A DNA stretch of 64,000 nucleotides, taken from Paraspadella gotoi. Lineage: Eukaryota > Animalia > Chaetognatha. The notes under the pieces were generated by a model. The model was given only the letters and a program-made list of their open reading frames with translations. It was not told where the DNA came from and did no database searches. The stretch covers positions 1,318,537 through 1,382,536 of the forward strand of contig CM119269.1 of NCBI GenBank assembly GCA_051294375.1. Reading direction: 5' to 3'. Numbering within the stretch: the stretch's first letter is position 1; every line of letters starts with the position of its first letter. Both the position numbers and the translations under genes were made by a program. Shown in pieces: positions 11,939 through 25,750 of the stretch.

Positions 11939-14900
11939 TGGAGCCTGAGAAACTGCCCGTCGCAATCCTAGATATAATACAAATGGTCACCCTAAACGAT
12001 TGGTTGAACTCTTAAACATTATAAGTTTCTTTAAGAATCATTATAACCTTTTCCTAATTTGTAATGATGTAAGATGTAAGCAAGAAGATATGTTTTGCTT
12101 CAAAGGCTATAAAGTATTTTTAAAAGAATCTAATTCCTTAGCAGGAGGAGTAATGATAGGTGTTCCTAATAATCTACCTGCAAGTATTTTAAGCCCTGAC
12201 ACAGACCTTAAAGAATGTTTATTTGTTGAAGTTCTTTTAAAGGAAACAAAAAGATTAATAATTGGCACTGCATATAATCATCCTTCTTGTAATCTAAATG
12301 AAGACATATTTAAATTCTATTCAAATATATCAAACAGATCTAATGTTATTCTCAGTCTATTTGCAGGCGACTTAAACTCTTCTCACGGTCTACTCGGCGG
12401 GAAGATTTGATACACCACAGGGTGAAGACTTACTCTCCTTCATTTCTAAATACCAACTCTTTCGGGTACATGGTGACTCACCAACCTTCATCAGCAAATC
12501 TAACGGCGAAGCAAATGTTCTAGACGTTGTCTTAACAGTAGGTCACCTGTCGCCAAAATAGACTCATGTAGTGTACAGTCTTGGATGATGTCGGTTCAGA
12601 CCATTTGCCAGTTCTGACAACATTCTCCTTTAAATATGAAAAAACGGTGATCCACTTAAAGAAAACTCATTGGCAAAAATTTCGAGAATCTATTAAGAAT
12701 GGAGTTGTCAATTTAAAACCAGAAATCTTCACACTTTCAGAACTTGATACAAAAATAAAACACTTTTCTAATTTGATAATAACCTCTTACAATGAAAACA
12801 CCGAGCTTAAAGAAATGATCATAAAAGACGGAATTCAAATAGATAAATTTACACAAAGCCTCGTAAAAAAGAAACGACGATTATCAAGACAAATATGTAA
12901 CTATAGAAAAAGTGGGTTTTCGGCTCCACCTGAGATAAAGAAAGAATACAATTACGTTTGTAGAAGACTAAGATCTGCTAACAAAACATGTTTGTCAAAT
13001 TATTACAAGTCAAAAGTAAAACAAATTTATGAAGAAAAAGACGCAGCCAAAAAATGGAAATTAATAAACAATATCACGAATTATTCTCCAAATTCCCCTC
13101 CAGATGCAATGCTTCGTAGAGGTGATGGTTCTGTAGCAGAAAACAACTCGGCAAACCTTGCTATTTTTGCTGATAAACTCGAAAATATGTTAGGTGCATC
13201 ACCTGTGCTTCCTGAAAGACAAGAATGGGCAAATAAAATAACTAACAACGTTTCACAATACCAATCTTATCTTTTCCCTGATACAAACAACAGAAGATAT
13301 GATCCTGATTATGAAACATTTGTAAATGAGAGTTTAGAAATGGAAAATATAGTTGAACTAATCAAAACGTTAAAAATCCACTCAGCAGCGGGATCAGATA
13401 ACATAAACCATAAAATGCTCCGAAATTTACCTCTAGAGGGTCTGACAGCTCTACAACACATATATTCTTGCTGTCTTCGATTTGGATACTTCCCAAAAGC
13501 ATGGAAATTGGCTCTAATCCGAATGATCCCAAAAACAGGAAAAGATGCAACCAATTCGAGAAATTATCGATAAGTCTTCTATCTTCACTGGCTGCAGGAA
13601 TATGTTGAGAGATTGATCCTTCCTGGTCTCATAAGCATGCCTAAAATCTCCAGGAGCAAGAACCCCTCTTCAATCAGGTTATCGGAAAGGTCGTTCTGCT
13701 CCAAAAATATTTTCCAGTTGGTTGAAGATGCTCACCGATGCTTCAAAACAAAGGTGCAACTATCCTAGTCACTGCTTGATTACAGTAAAGCTTTCTGACA
13801 ACATATGGCATGACGGTCTCCGTTACAAATTAATTAAAGTGGCATTTCCAAAGACATGATCCGTTTTGATAAATTCATTCTGACCAACACGAATCTTCAC
13901 AAGTCATCAGCAGCAGGTGAACAATCACGTGAAAGTCCTGATTCTCGAGGCTCACCCCAAGGAGCAGTTTTTAAGCCCCGAATTGTTTTGCCCCTTCTAT
14001 GTTGGTTGACCTTACCAATCTCATGTCCAATACTCTAAAACCAACAGAGTCTTCAAGCCTCCATTGAAGGTTGTATGATCAAGATGAAGAACCTGACCCA
14101 AATATCCCACTGAATCAACCCGCTTTTGAGGGCGGCCCTCTTGACGTCTTGAGAGTGCTGCCAAATACGCCAGACGCAGTTCAAGCATCTGGGCCTTCGT
14201 CAAAAAGATCCTCACCTTGCTGTAAAAGCTTCTTCAACGAAATCTTCATAAACTTGAAAGATGGTGTTTTAATGTGGTCTTGGATCTGTGGCCGAAAAAT
14301 CAAAATTGTATCCTATAACTCGTTCTATTTAATCTTTTTTAATTTTGAAATTAATTTGTTCTTTTTTGGTAGTAGAATTCTTATGTGTAATAGCATTAAA
14401 TTTTAGGAATGTATTATAGACAAAACGCCTCACATGGGACTAACCATGTTAATGAGTTATTTAAAAAATCAAAAATGTAAATTACTTAGCCATTAACAGA
14501 ATATCACGTTTGTATCAGCTATTTCAAAGCCATTATTGTTTCTCTTTTTTTATATTCATCATCCTTGCTTAATTTCGGCTGGAGCTTATCATGGCTTAAG
14601 TTTGACTGTTTACAGCTGAGAGCTATTACGAATCTTTACAAAACCTCCCAATTCATATCCCTAACGATGCAAACCTTAGAATAGTGCAGGCCAAATACCA
14701 CTTTCCAGATCTAATCTATCAAAAAATTTTGCTGTACATAGATTAAAACGATTGTTCAGAAAATCATTTGTTTGACCACACTGTAAATTGTATTACCATT
14801 AATACTATTCGTACAAATATGCATCACCAATAGAAAAAACTACTGTGGCCGATCTCTTGGAAAGAAAAAAGACCGTCTGCATAAATTGCAAAATGGAAAG

Positions 14901-14950
14901 ATTTCATAAATATTTGTCCTTTACCTATAAATATCCAAATGAGATAGCAA
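11939..14950 (+). pseudogene. LINE ORF2 (APE endonuclease plus reverse transcriptase), frameshifted
   Basis: ORF pieces 12000-12410 and 12581-13573 plus broken RT motifs downstream. Confidence 0.8.
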
Positions 14951-15182
14951 GTCATGTTTCATAAGATGTCCAAATGTAAAAGCCATTACATACTTTATTA
15001 ACCAGTTCACACTATCTACATAAGATTTTAGTCATTTAAAACACATTTGATTTTTTATTAATATCTTAATAAAAACGTCGCCATCAGAGTTATCTAACGT
15101 CGGCTTTTAAGGGCCTAACTCAGTGCCTAAAGCTCCACTCAGATCAATGTTCAAATGTTCTCTCTCTCTCTCTCGCTATCGC

Positions 15183-15223
15183 GAAAGAGAGAGAAAGAAA
15201 GAGAGAAATAAAGAAAGAAAGAG

Positions 15224-15302
<79 letters not shown>

Positions 15303-15609
15303 AATAAAGAAAGAAATAAAGAAAGAAATAAAGAAAGAAAGAAAGAAAGAAAGAAATAAAGAAATAAAGAAAGAAATAAAGAAATAAAGAAAGAAATAAA
15401 GAAAGAAATAAATAAAGAAAGAAATAAATAAAGAAATAAAGAAATAAAGAAAGAAATAAAGAAATAAAGAAAGAAATAAAGAAATAAAAAAAGAAATAAA
15501 GAAATAAAGAGAGAAATAAAGAAATAAAGAAAGAAATAAAGAAAGAAATAAATAAAGAAAGAAATAAATAAAGAAATAAAGAAAGAAAGAAAGAAAGAAA
15601 GAAAGAAAT
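15183..15609. repeat. (GAAA)n/(GAAATAAA)n microsatellite
   Basis: Directly visible; explains the spurious F/L/S- and K/E/R-rich ORFs. Confidence 0.95.
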
Positions 15610-16202
15610 ATATATACACTTATGTACAAAAAAACAACGAGGAAAGCTTTTTAATTTAGTTGTCTTTAGCAAAAGCATTTTATTAATCAAAACTGACGCT
15701 GAAACAAAGTCCAAGGTTCAAGATAAAAAAAATTTAAACTTGATTTTAAAGATAACACTAATTAAGGGACTAAATTATCAAATAAAATTTAAAATTTAGA
15801 AACATATAAGACAAACTATTACTCATTAATTAATTTGACTTCATCAGTACAGTTAAGTTGAACAAAAAAATTTTTTTTCATTCTTACTAGCCTTGTTTCA
15901 CTTATCAGATTTTTCTAAAATATCAGGAAATATTTAAAGAACAAAAATAATTATCAAAAATGGCCTATCCTAATAAAGAAAAATATTTTATAAATAATTT
16001 AAGCAAACATTTAACCTAGTCATTAGCCTAGTGAAGAGATAGTAATAATTGTTATTAGTGAGAGAAGTATTTCATCCATTTCTTATCATTCAATGATGCG
16101 ATGATAGTCATTCATTGACGCGATGAGTCATTCATCAAAAATAAAACAAAAAACAAAAATAAACAAACGTGTGTATTAAGGCGTAGTGAAAGTTACATAC
16201 GA

Positions 16203-16768
16203 AAATTCTAAAAGTCAATTATGAACAACATACCATCAGTGAACATTAATTTGTAAAAAAAAGTAATTTTATGTTTTTTAATTTTCGCAGTAGGCTATAT
16301 TTATATATAGTACTATCGTTATAAAATCGAAAAATTTCAAAATAGGCTTTTCTTAATTTTGATTGCAGATTTGAATTCCTCGTCAAAAGTTGATAAAAGA
16401 AAATATAAATCATTTTTAAAAATTCTGTCATTAAGTGGGTTAAAAATTTAAAAAACTCTATTTAATATATAAAAAGTTAATTTTCAGCTTAAAATATAGC
16501 TTTTTTTAATTTTTGACCCACTTAATGAAAAGATTTTTTAAAAAGAGTTATATTTCTTTTTATCAGCTTTTTATGACAAATCCAAATCTGCAAAAATATC
16601 TTAGAAGAAAACGTGTTTTGAGAAATCTTATAACATTTATTGGTTTTTAGTACTAGCACTAACTAGTATAAATATGGCCTACTGCGTAAATTGAAAAATT
16701 TATTATAAATTTTTCATTTAAAAAGTGTTCATTAGTATAATGTTGTTTATTCCTCACTTTTAGAATTT
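16203..16768. mobile_element. Foldback/MITE-like long imperfect palindrome
   Basis: The left arm (aaattctaaaagt...cgcagtaggctatat...gcagatttg...tcattaagtgggttaaaaatt) is the reverse complement of the right arm (aatttttgacccacttaatga...caaatctgc...atatggcctactgcg...acttttagaattt). Confidence 0.75.
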
Positions 16769-16789
16769 TAATTAGAACAAAGTTTGAAG

Positions 16790-17697
16790 AGAGATTTAAC
16801 AACGATTTTTATTTCATTGTGAAACGGACATGTTTCGACTCACATACGAGTCTTTCTTCAGCGCCAATTCAATTTGTGAATTTGAGAGAATTTGTGCATA
16901 AAGAAAGAGAGAGAGAGAGAGACAGAGCAAAGTTTCCACACACAGAGTTTGAGAGAAGGATAGTGTTCAGTTTTCTATTAGGGACAGGTGAAGGTGAGGA
17001 CAGAGATAGTTGTGAAAAGGAAATTGAAATGGAGAGAGAGAGAGAGAGAGGAGAAGAGGAGGAGGGAGAAAAGAGACAGTGCTTGAAAATTAATTATATT
17101 TATGAAAATGTACAACAATGGTTAAAATTTGGTAAATTTGAACTAATGAAATAATGCTAGTCAAACAATTACGCTACAGTAATAAATTCAGTAAAATGAA
17201 TATAGAAGTGTCAGAAATGGAACAGTATTTATTGGGTTAGTGAGGGATAGTTAACGTAATTAGCGAAAGGGAGAATTTCAAGTAATAACGAAAGAGCTCA
17301 AAATGAGCTGGCCCCCCTTGGGTTATGAACAACATGTGAAAGGCTAGCTGATAAGCGGTTCGGGTCATTGGTGTGTCATTGGCTGATCGAGGGACAGGCT
17401 GGTCAGAGCGCTGAGCTTGTCAGAGTTGCTGGAAAGACTTCCTAGCGGGAAAGATAAACAAAGAGCTACTCGATGTCTCTTGGCTGGTTACGCTTTGCCG
17501 AATGCCCTGCTTCTTGCCTGCTGGGAGGTGGGCGCTGTCCATTCTTGCCACTTTTCGCGACAGGAGTGGTGGGCCTCCCCTCCTTCCTCCTGCAGCCGTC
17601 GTGTTGGGTCGGCGCTCAGTCCACAGAGGAAGGGAATGAGTTGCTGTAGTTGAAGGACAGGTATCGTCTGCCCATTGCCTGCGCAAGGGTCTCCGCA
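16790..17697 (-). mobile_element. Penelope-like element 3' region/pLTR copy
   Basis: Reverse complement aligns by eye with 36444-37320 (gcggagacccttgcgcaggcaatgggca...caagggggg..agctcattttgagctc...hammerhead...aaaatcgttg). Confidence 0.8.
16823..16865 (-). ncRNA. Minimal type I hammerhead ribozyme (Penelope-associated)
   Basis: Minus strand ggcg-CUGAAGA-aa-GACUC guaugu GAGUC-GAAAC-AU-GUC-cguu. Confidence 0.75.
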
Positions 17698-20600
17698 AAA
17701 TAAAAACGGTAAAACAAGATCGTGAATCAGATCTACAGAACCGGTCTTGGGTTTCTTTCGTAAGTCCAGGGATGGTATATCTTCTATAATAATGAATGGA
17801 ATGACTTGATATGCATGTGTGGGATGGAACTCGGTATGGTCTATTCCCCATTCTATATTTAAAAAAAAAATTGGAAGTTTTGTTTTGTGCATCAGTTTTC
17901 AACAAAAATTTTATTTGCATACTGTGACCAAAATACTTGAATGTTATAATTTATTTTCTCAGTAAAAATTAATATAAGATTACTGGGTCTAATGGTAAAG
18001 TGTTAAGCTGAAAAAAATAGTATTTATCAAAAAATCACATTTTGTAGTAATATATAAAAAATAATTATATAGCTAATGATAAAAAAATTGTAATTTGATT
18101 ACATGATTAAAGTTGCCTATCAATCAACTATTAATTCCTATAACAAAAAGTAGAACTAGTAAATAAAAATAACTAATAAGCTAATTATTATAACTATTAT
18201 TACATAAATTAATAAAAACTATTTTTTTAGCTTAAGGGGACCAAGTGAACAGGGGGGGTAATAAGCTGAAAACATAATGTTTGGCCCTTTAACTTAAGCT
18301 GGGTCTGACCATATAATTTTTTTTTATAATCATTTGGGAAAGTAGTTAAAAAATTCGATAAAATCAGCGAGCTTAATTTTCTTTAAAAAATCGGTAAGAA
18401 GAAAATCTTTTTCAAGTTTAAAATTTTTTTTTCCAAAAAAGGGTAAGATCTAATTTTAAAAAGATTTTCAGCTTTTATCACAAAAATTTCTAAAAAAAAA
18501 ACTAGGAATGAATCAAAATTTAAGGTATCGACTGATTTTATTTAAACTTTCTTTTCAATTCAAATGATTCTGTTAAGTCGCGGTGCACAGTCTCGTGGAA
18601 AATTTTATTNNNNNNNNNNNNNNNNNNNNNNNNNCACGCTCTTCTCATGCAAAATTCTTTATCTTGTGACCAAAATTTTTCTCATGTCTGATGACTAACG
18701 ATATGCTCTATATTCGGAACAGAACATAGGCTGTTTTCGTACGCATACTGTTTTTAAATCAGTAAGATCGCAAGCATAATTCAAAAATAAAAAAATTCAG
18801 GCTAAAAGCTAGCGTTAAAACGTGTGACAAAAGATTTCATACCATCGGTCATGTAATTAATGCTGGGTTAAACGGTGTGTTGATTAAAAAAAGATGTTGA
18901 TATTCAGAACGTCAATTTACAACTAGAGATCAGAGCGTATCGTTTTAAACCTCATTATTTTGTTTCATGTTGAGAAAGGATAAAGTTAACGAATAACAAT
19001 AACCAAATATCTCTAAATCAGAACTGACTTAACTATTGCTTTTTCTTATTGTTTTGATATTCGATGTTGTGGACTGGCATAGACTTGCTTGCGTTTTGAA
19101 GAAAGGATTCTAAGAAATATGTTTGGAAAAAGCATCTTCTTAGAACTTTAGGTATCAGAACGTTTTTATAAAATATTCCAATTTAGTTATACTGATGTTT
19201 TTAATTAATTATAAAGTTGTATATATTAATTTTCGAAAAAAAACATGTGTCTCATGGAGAATTATAAATATGAGATTACTTTGAGAAAGTTAATTTTGCA
19301 TTTTATAAAATAATAAATTTTCTTCCAATCGATTTTGCAGCAAGTCTGATGTTTTTATTTTTGATATTTATTTTAAGTGGCAAAATTATATTCTTCTGTG
19401 AGCATTGGGTTCTGAAAAAATTCTCCTCCTTTTTTATTTCTTGGCGGTTTTTCTTCTGAGCCTATAGTATCTAATATATAGCGAATTTATTACTATATAC
19501 CAATAATAGACTAATATTTATGAATCATTGTTTTAATAATAATACTGTAATGTGCTGTAATGTAATGTAAGTGAGCAAAAGTTCTGAAATTGATGCAGAA
19601 ACAAAGAGAGCGACTAGAGAGAGTGAGGCAAAGAGTGAGAGCTAGAGAGCAAAAGCTAAAGTGAGAGATAGAATTCTGTATTTGTTGCATTTTAAAGATG
19701 CGAAGGTTGCGACGTCTCGAGGCTAATCACAAATATTTTTTTTCGTAACCAGGAGACGTCAGATAAGAATTTTTTTTTTTCTGAAATTAAAAGAGACCAA
19801 TTTGAACAATAACGACAAATAGAGAGGTTAAACGATTAAACGTATGAGTATTTGAGCAAGAAAAAAATTTTGCACTAATGCGCACTAAAATTCAAAATTC
19901 AAAACAATTAAGGATCATTGCGGAACATCAAATTGAAAAGTATTAAAATATATCAATGAAAATCATAAGGAATATTAGCATTACACTAGGCCATTTGCCA
20001 TTTTTTTTTTTTAGTCATAGACCAGAAACTTGGCAAATGAAAAAAAAAAAGTACAATAACTATCATTTAGAGTACTACATTTAACTAGGCTATTGCCTCT
20101 TTTTTTTTTAAGCCTCATCGACAGAAACCTTGTCAATTTGTTTTTAACTGATCATAAAATAGAAAGGATAATTACCAGATTAAAAATTAATTGGAATTAC
20201 CCTTATTTCCTAATTATTATATTCTTAAGTGACCAATCGCGGCACTAAGTAAGGAAGAAGAGAGAGAAAGACAGAAAGAGAGTCAAGCAACTCGTTATGA
20301 AACCAACAAAAGTGCTAGACCAAACAGTAATGAACTCTATTGGTAAAACAACTTATCCACGAGCTCTTAATTTCGATAGTCGATCCAGATTCAGCTAGAC
20401 TTATGGATATTGAATATATTAATAAGTGCAGTTTGATTTATCAAATACAATATTTATGTATTGCAAGGACTACCAGAGGCCCAACCTATTACTAAAAATA
20501 TATAACCATAATATTCAACAAATAAGGAAGTTACTGTATCATTGAAAAAAAATGACCCATCAAAATATTAGCACTGATAAATATGGAAAAAAAAAACTTT

Positions 20601-22527
20601 TGATAGTAACAATTATTCTACAGGAAGGTTTACTAAAACCCTCTTGAGTACAACGTAGCAAAATTTAAAGAAAAAAATTTTAAATATATTAGAGCTAAGC
20701 AAGTTTCCTTAAAAAAAAATTTTTGACCAATTTTTAAGTGGTTTAAGATTATTTTTTGAAAAAAATGCTAAAAATGCGGCCAATAGCCAGACAATCCAGG
20801 CAACGTCCTATTAAAATCCTAAAGCCATTTATCCTATAAATGGAAAAAAGTTATCCATGCTACAGATTTATGACATTTCTAGGTTCCGGTACTGTAGCTA
20901 AATTATAATTGAAGATTAGCTTTAGGTCCAAATGAAAAACTCGACCGATGATACTAACGAAAATAAAAAAAAAGTTTGATAGACTTGCGTGCTCTTAATC
21001 TCGGCGCATCCTAAAAATAATATTTAAAAATACAAATTAAATTAATAAATTAAAAATTGATCCTTACTTTTCTATTTAAAACCTACTTCTAGCTAGCTTG
21101 ATTCCATTGAAACTTGAATTTCCAGCTCAATGAACTAGTTTTTTAATCACAGACAAAAATTTCAACTCAATTGATTCATCCAAACATAAGTCATAAGACT
21201 TTAAAGGTTACTGGAGAAAGGATGGACCAGACAGACATCATGAACAGACCAAAATGTTTTGAAGTTTTTTATATCAAACGACAGTCTTAAACAGAGGAGA
21301 TTTTCCGATTGCATTGTTTAAGAGGATATGTGGTTTCACATGTTAAAGAATAAACCAATCTTCTTTTTAGTTTGAATCTGTCAGCCATTTTATGTATTTA
21401 ACTGTATCTTGAGAGCTTTAAGAGATTTCTGCATTAATTTTTCTACATAAACATTCAGGGGAAATGCCCTCGGATGAGGAACACAATAAAAAATGAAAAA
21501 ATCAATACTTGAAATTTTTTTTAACTGATAGTTTTTTCTACGAGACTGTACATCGCGTCTTAATTGGATTGAAAATAAAACCTTTGAAGTAATATAAATA
21601 TAAAAAGAAGAGAAAAGATTCTGTACTTTTTGCAAATTTTAATTGTTTATAATTAAGGAATCAATATATATTATAATACATTTAAGGCGATGATATGAAT
21701 ATTAATTAATAATTATTACAGTTTGTGTTTTCTGTAAGAATATAATTTAGGTTTGATTTGTCTGCTCTTAAAATAAATATTAAAAATATAAAAAATATTA
21801 GTCTTGTAAATTCCTTTGTTCAATGAGGCTTTAAAAACTAAAATTGTAGGCTTTGTACAATAAAAAATAAAATTTGGAATTTAGTAAAAAAAATACTTTC
21901 TAATGCAAAAATAAAATAATAAGATTATAATAAATATTTAGGTTAGGGTCAAACTAAATGTTTTTTTCATAATTATAAATTGTTTTCCGCTACAAATTAA
22001 GAGATAAAAATTTTTTTGCTACTTTTCCGCGTTGCCCAAAAAAAAATTAATGACTATCACCATTTAAATCTCCTTTGATGGATAGACCCTTAAGCTTAAT
22101 GATATCCTTTTTATCACTGGATCCCCTTAATAGTACCATTATACCCAGTTAATCTTCGATTAATTTTTACTGAAAAAAACCAAATTATATCCTTCTCAAG
22201 AATTGTTTTCACATTTTTGTTGAAAAATTATGCTCAAAACAAAACTTCAATTTTTTTTTTTTTGAAAAAATATAGACTGGTGGAATAGACCATACGAGTT
22301 CCATCCCACACATTGCATATCAAGTCCATTTCCATTCATTATTAACAGAAGAATACCCCATCCCTGGACTTATGAAGGAAAGCCAAGACCGGTTCTGTAT
22401 AAGTGTGGAAAACGTGAATCAAGAAAATAAAACGATTCGTGACGAAGCAAAAAATTTTTAAGACTAAAAATTCCGGCTCAAATTTTTTAAACGAAAGAAA
22501 TTGTCCAAATTTTGTTCCAAAAAAAAC

Positions 22528-24357
22528 ATGTCTGAGGGAATCGTCCTTTTCAAAATATGCCACTTACCACTAGGAAGGCGCTTTTCCGAATTTACCGACG
22601 ACTGCAGACAAAAGAGGTCAGTGGAAGAAGTGCTCGAAAAATATCTGGACATGGATCTCGTTTCGGTGACTCTCTACGCCAGCGAAATGTTATACGACTT
22701 GAGCTCATACAACAAATTAACACCGGGCTGTGAAACTTAGTGCCAAAGCCGCGGCTTTTTTTTACTACTGAGATACTAAAATTAGAGAAGCGGGATCAAA
22801 CGCAGACCAAAGCAGGCCATTTAGCGTAAGTGTCGTCCGAAAATCTATTTCGATGTTTTTTCGTTAAAGCAAATTCATTGATAGGGAACGCCAGGTACAC
22901 TGGTAGTGAATAAACGTAGACTGTGAGAGTCTTGCATTGACATGCTTACAGGGTTCTGCTTATTTTTATTTTCTAGTACAAGGGCATCTCTGCATATGAA
23001 CGTCTTAAACCGAAGTCCAAAAGTCAGTGACCGAATAGCTTATATATTGAATGAATGATTATTTTATACATGGTATTTACTAATTTGATATTTAAAAAAC
23101 AATTGTATTGCTCCCAATTTTTTTACAGCAAATCTGAAAATAAAACTGAAGAAGGAATGGCAAAAAATGAAAGCCTATTTCCGTAATCAGTTTGAGCGAA
23201 CTGTTTTGCGATGCAAGAGGAGCTAATCGAAGTTCCTTGATTCACCATGGACTTCGTTTTAGTCGAAGCAAGGAAGGAAAATCCCTACTTTCTGACCTTT
23301 GAAAAAATGCCGGAATTTCTGGTAATTCAAAGCAACAGCAAAAGGAAGACATAAGCTCGTCACTGCTATTTGAGTAAAGATCCGAACCGGAAACTGTTTA
23401 CAAGCGATGGGCCTGCGAAAACGGATTTTTGTAACCTGGACTGAAGTGAGTTGCATTTACTTAACCTACATTTTGATTATAGAATTGCGTATCTATTAAA
23501 ATCTTTGCAAATTACTTGTTTCACTATTTCCTATTTTAATTTTATGAAGGATTATGCGTGGACTAAAACCCACCAACCGTTCCATCAGTGGCCATTGGTG
23601 CCGGAGCGCAAGTTCATTCGCCTCCCAACCCAAAGGTCCGGGGTTCTTAGCCCGGTGGTCGTCTGACAGTTAAGAGGACGGGACGCTTAACCCGCCTGTA
23701 CATGGTGTTACAGCTCGACCTGATCCCGCACACATCGTCACGGAGCTGCTCATATTGTTGTACTACGTTCTCATCACTAACTCCTAAAAAAATTACCTGT
23801 CCTCTTCAGATCATCAACTATCTCCGTAGGCTGAACAGGAAAGGTTGGGGAAGGACCATTTTTTGCTAGCGATGGGGACACAAAGTTATATTAATCAGCA
23901 TTTTTTTAACAAATAGGGATAAGACTCCGAAGAGTAGAAATGTATGTTCGGATAGGTGATACAATTGGGGAAAAAGGTCTTATAGGCGGCACCTTCATGT
24001 CATGAATATAATTTTAATAATACTTAATTTAAAATATTATTTTTGTTAAAAAACGGGATTGATTTTTCAGGGTTCAATCCGTTATTGATTCGCTCTACTC
24101 TCAAAAAGCGAACTTGAAAAGGTTTACTCCGAGTAGGCCATCCTCGCTGTTTTCGGAGAGCACTGCCAACACTACAGCCAGCGGTGTTCGAGTTTTTGGC
24201 CAAAGAGAAGAAATATCCCGAAAAGAGTCAAAATCATAGACGACATCTTTTTTAGCCTGAAAAAGAGGATTTTTGACGCAGAAGAGGATGGATGAATGAA
24301 CAAGCAGTTACAAGCGCTTATGTTGGCGAGGACGAGGAGGATCAGCGTCTTAAATGA
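22528..24357 (+). pseudogene. Frameshifted copy of paralog 2 (probably artefactual)
   Basis: Colinear with 30056-31786 but with many indels. Confidence 0.7.
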
Positions 24358-24594
24358 ACCTTTTTCTTTTCGTAAATTTAGTAATTTTATTTTTTAAAAC
24401 TTTCCCAGATTCTGTATTCTGTATGATGCGGGTATTTCCACTTTCTTTCTTTCATAATGATACAAATTTTAAAATTATTAAAATTTGTAAAATTGTTTTG
24501 ATAAATTTACCATTCCATGCTTTTTTACATAGCTGCGGTACATTTGCTTTTAGTATTTACCCTCCTAAATTAAACTCCACAAAAATCCGATAAA

Positions 24595-25750
24595 ATGAGT
24601 TTCAAAATTAATGAAGTCCGTCCTACCGGGCGCGATGGTTGATATCTTTGGATCTGGTTGGAAAAGAGTCCTTAGGATTTGCACCTACTCCAAAAAAGGG
24701 CCTCCCATCCACAACCTCCTGATGATTAAAGACAAGGGAAGACGTTGAGGGAATATCTGAAAAATACCTTGATATGGAATTTTTAAGCGTCAGCATCTAT
24801 GCGTCTGAAGCTGCTTACGATTGGAATCTGCTGGACAATATGAAAGAAGCTGTGGGGTTTTGGGAAATCAGCAGGCCTTTATTTAGCAACCGGAAAGACG
24901 AAAAATGAGCGAAGCCATCAGAAGCGCGAACAAAGATCGAGTCTAGGACATTAAATATTTTCTCTTTCATACCCATATATATGGTATACACCATATGATT
25001 AATTTATTTTTTTTTATCTTAAGCATGCTTTCTAAGCGCAATACTTGAATCTGACAAAGCTTTAATGAAGGCTACGTGTCTTTACGAATTCGGAATTGTA
25101 CAAAATTAAAGACAAGAGGCTTCATGCGCGTCTTTTTTCAATTTCATTTGATTTCGTCAAAATGGACGCTAAAAAGAGAAAGAGAAAACCCTTACTTTCT
25201 TACGATAGAGAATGGTACGACTAGTATCATCATCCAAAGCTGCTGAGGACGAGGACACAGTTTCGCCACTGTATTCTAATTCGACTCCGATCGAACCTTA
25301 TTTCAGTTCCCTTTGGAGATTGACGTCTGCAAGGACGATCAAGTAAGTTTTTAGTCGGATTCTTCTTATCAGCAGATTCCGACTCTATAAATTATAATAT
25401 CACTTGTCGTCCATCGCGTAAATCATTTAGATTCATATCAGAAACAGGATTATTGATAAATAAAAAAAGCTAACAGTGAGATGCCCGCGTCCCAATGGGT
25501 CATCACAAAGCACGCGGCTGTTGCCATAAGAGCAATTATTTTTATTATTATTCTAATATTTGGCATATAAGAGATTCTAACCTGTCACTTTATAAATCCC
25601 AACACTGCTATAAACTTACATTTTTTAAATTTTCTGTTCCCAGATTTCAAGATGTTAATAAACCAGCTAGTATTTCGACAAATGAACTTTAAAAGGGTTA
25701 CTCCGTGCTGCCTGGAGGCGATCATTGCCAACGCATTTCAGCAAGCGTAC
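24595..25750 (+). pseudogene. Frameshifted partial copy of paralog 3 (probably artefactual)
   Basis: Colinear with 32006-33118 but with many indels; lacks the last exon. Confidence 0.7.

Larger units (their letters stand above)
10322..15150 (+). mobile_element. Decayed non-LTR retrotransposon (LINE, I/Jockey-group-like)
   Basis: Begins near TCAGT. ORF1 has CCHC knuckles. ORF2 fragments show AP-endonuclease motifs (GDLNS, LDVV, GSDHLPV), pre-RT motifs (AAGSDNI, YFPKAWK...IPKTGK...NYR), PQGAV near 13955 and FLG...KRLTW near 14400-14440. Multiple frameshifts; the 3' end is approximate. Confidence 0.88.

Noticed and set aside
17420-17920. 166-aa and 134-aa minus-strand ORFs
   Set aside because: They span the junction of two repeats (PLE non-coding region and an adjacent repeat) and contain no recognisable domain.
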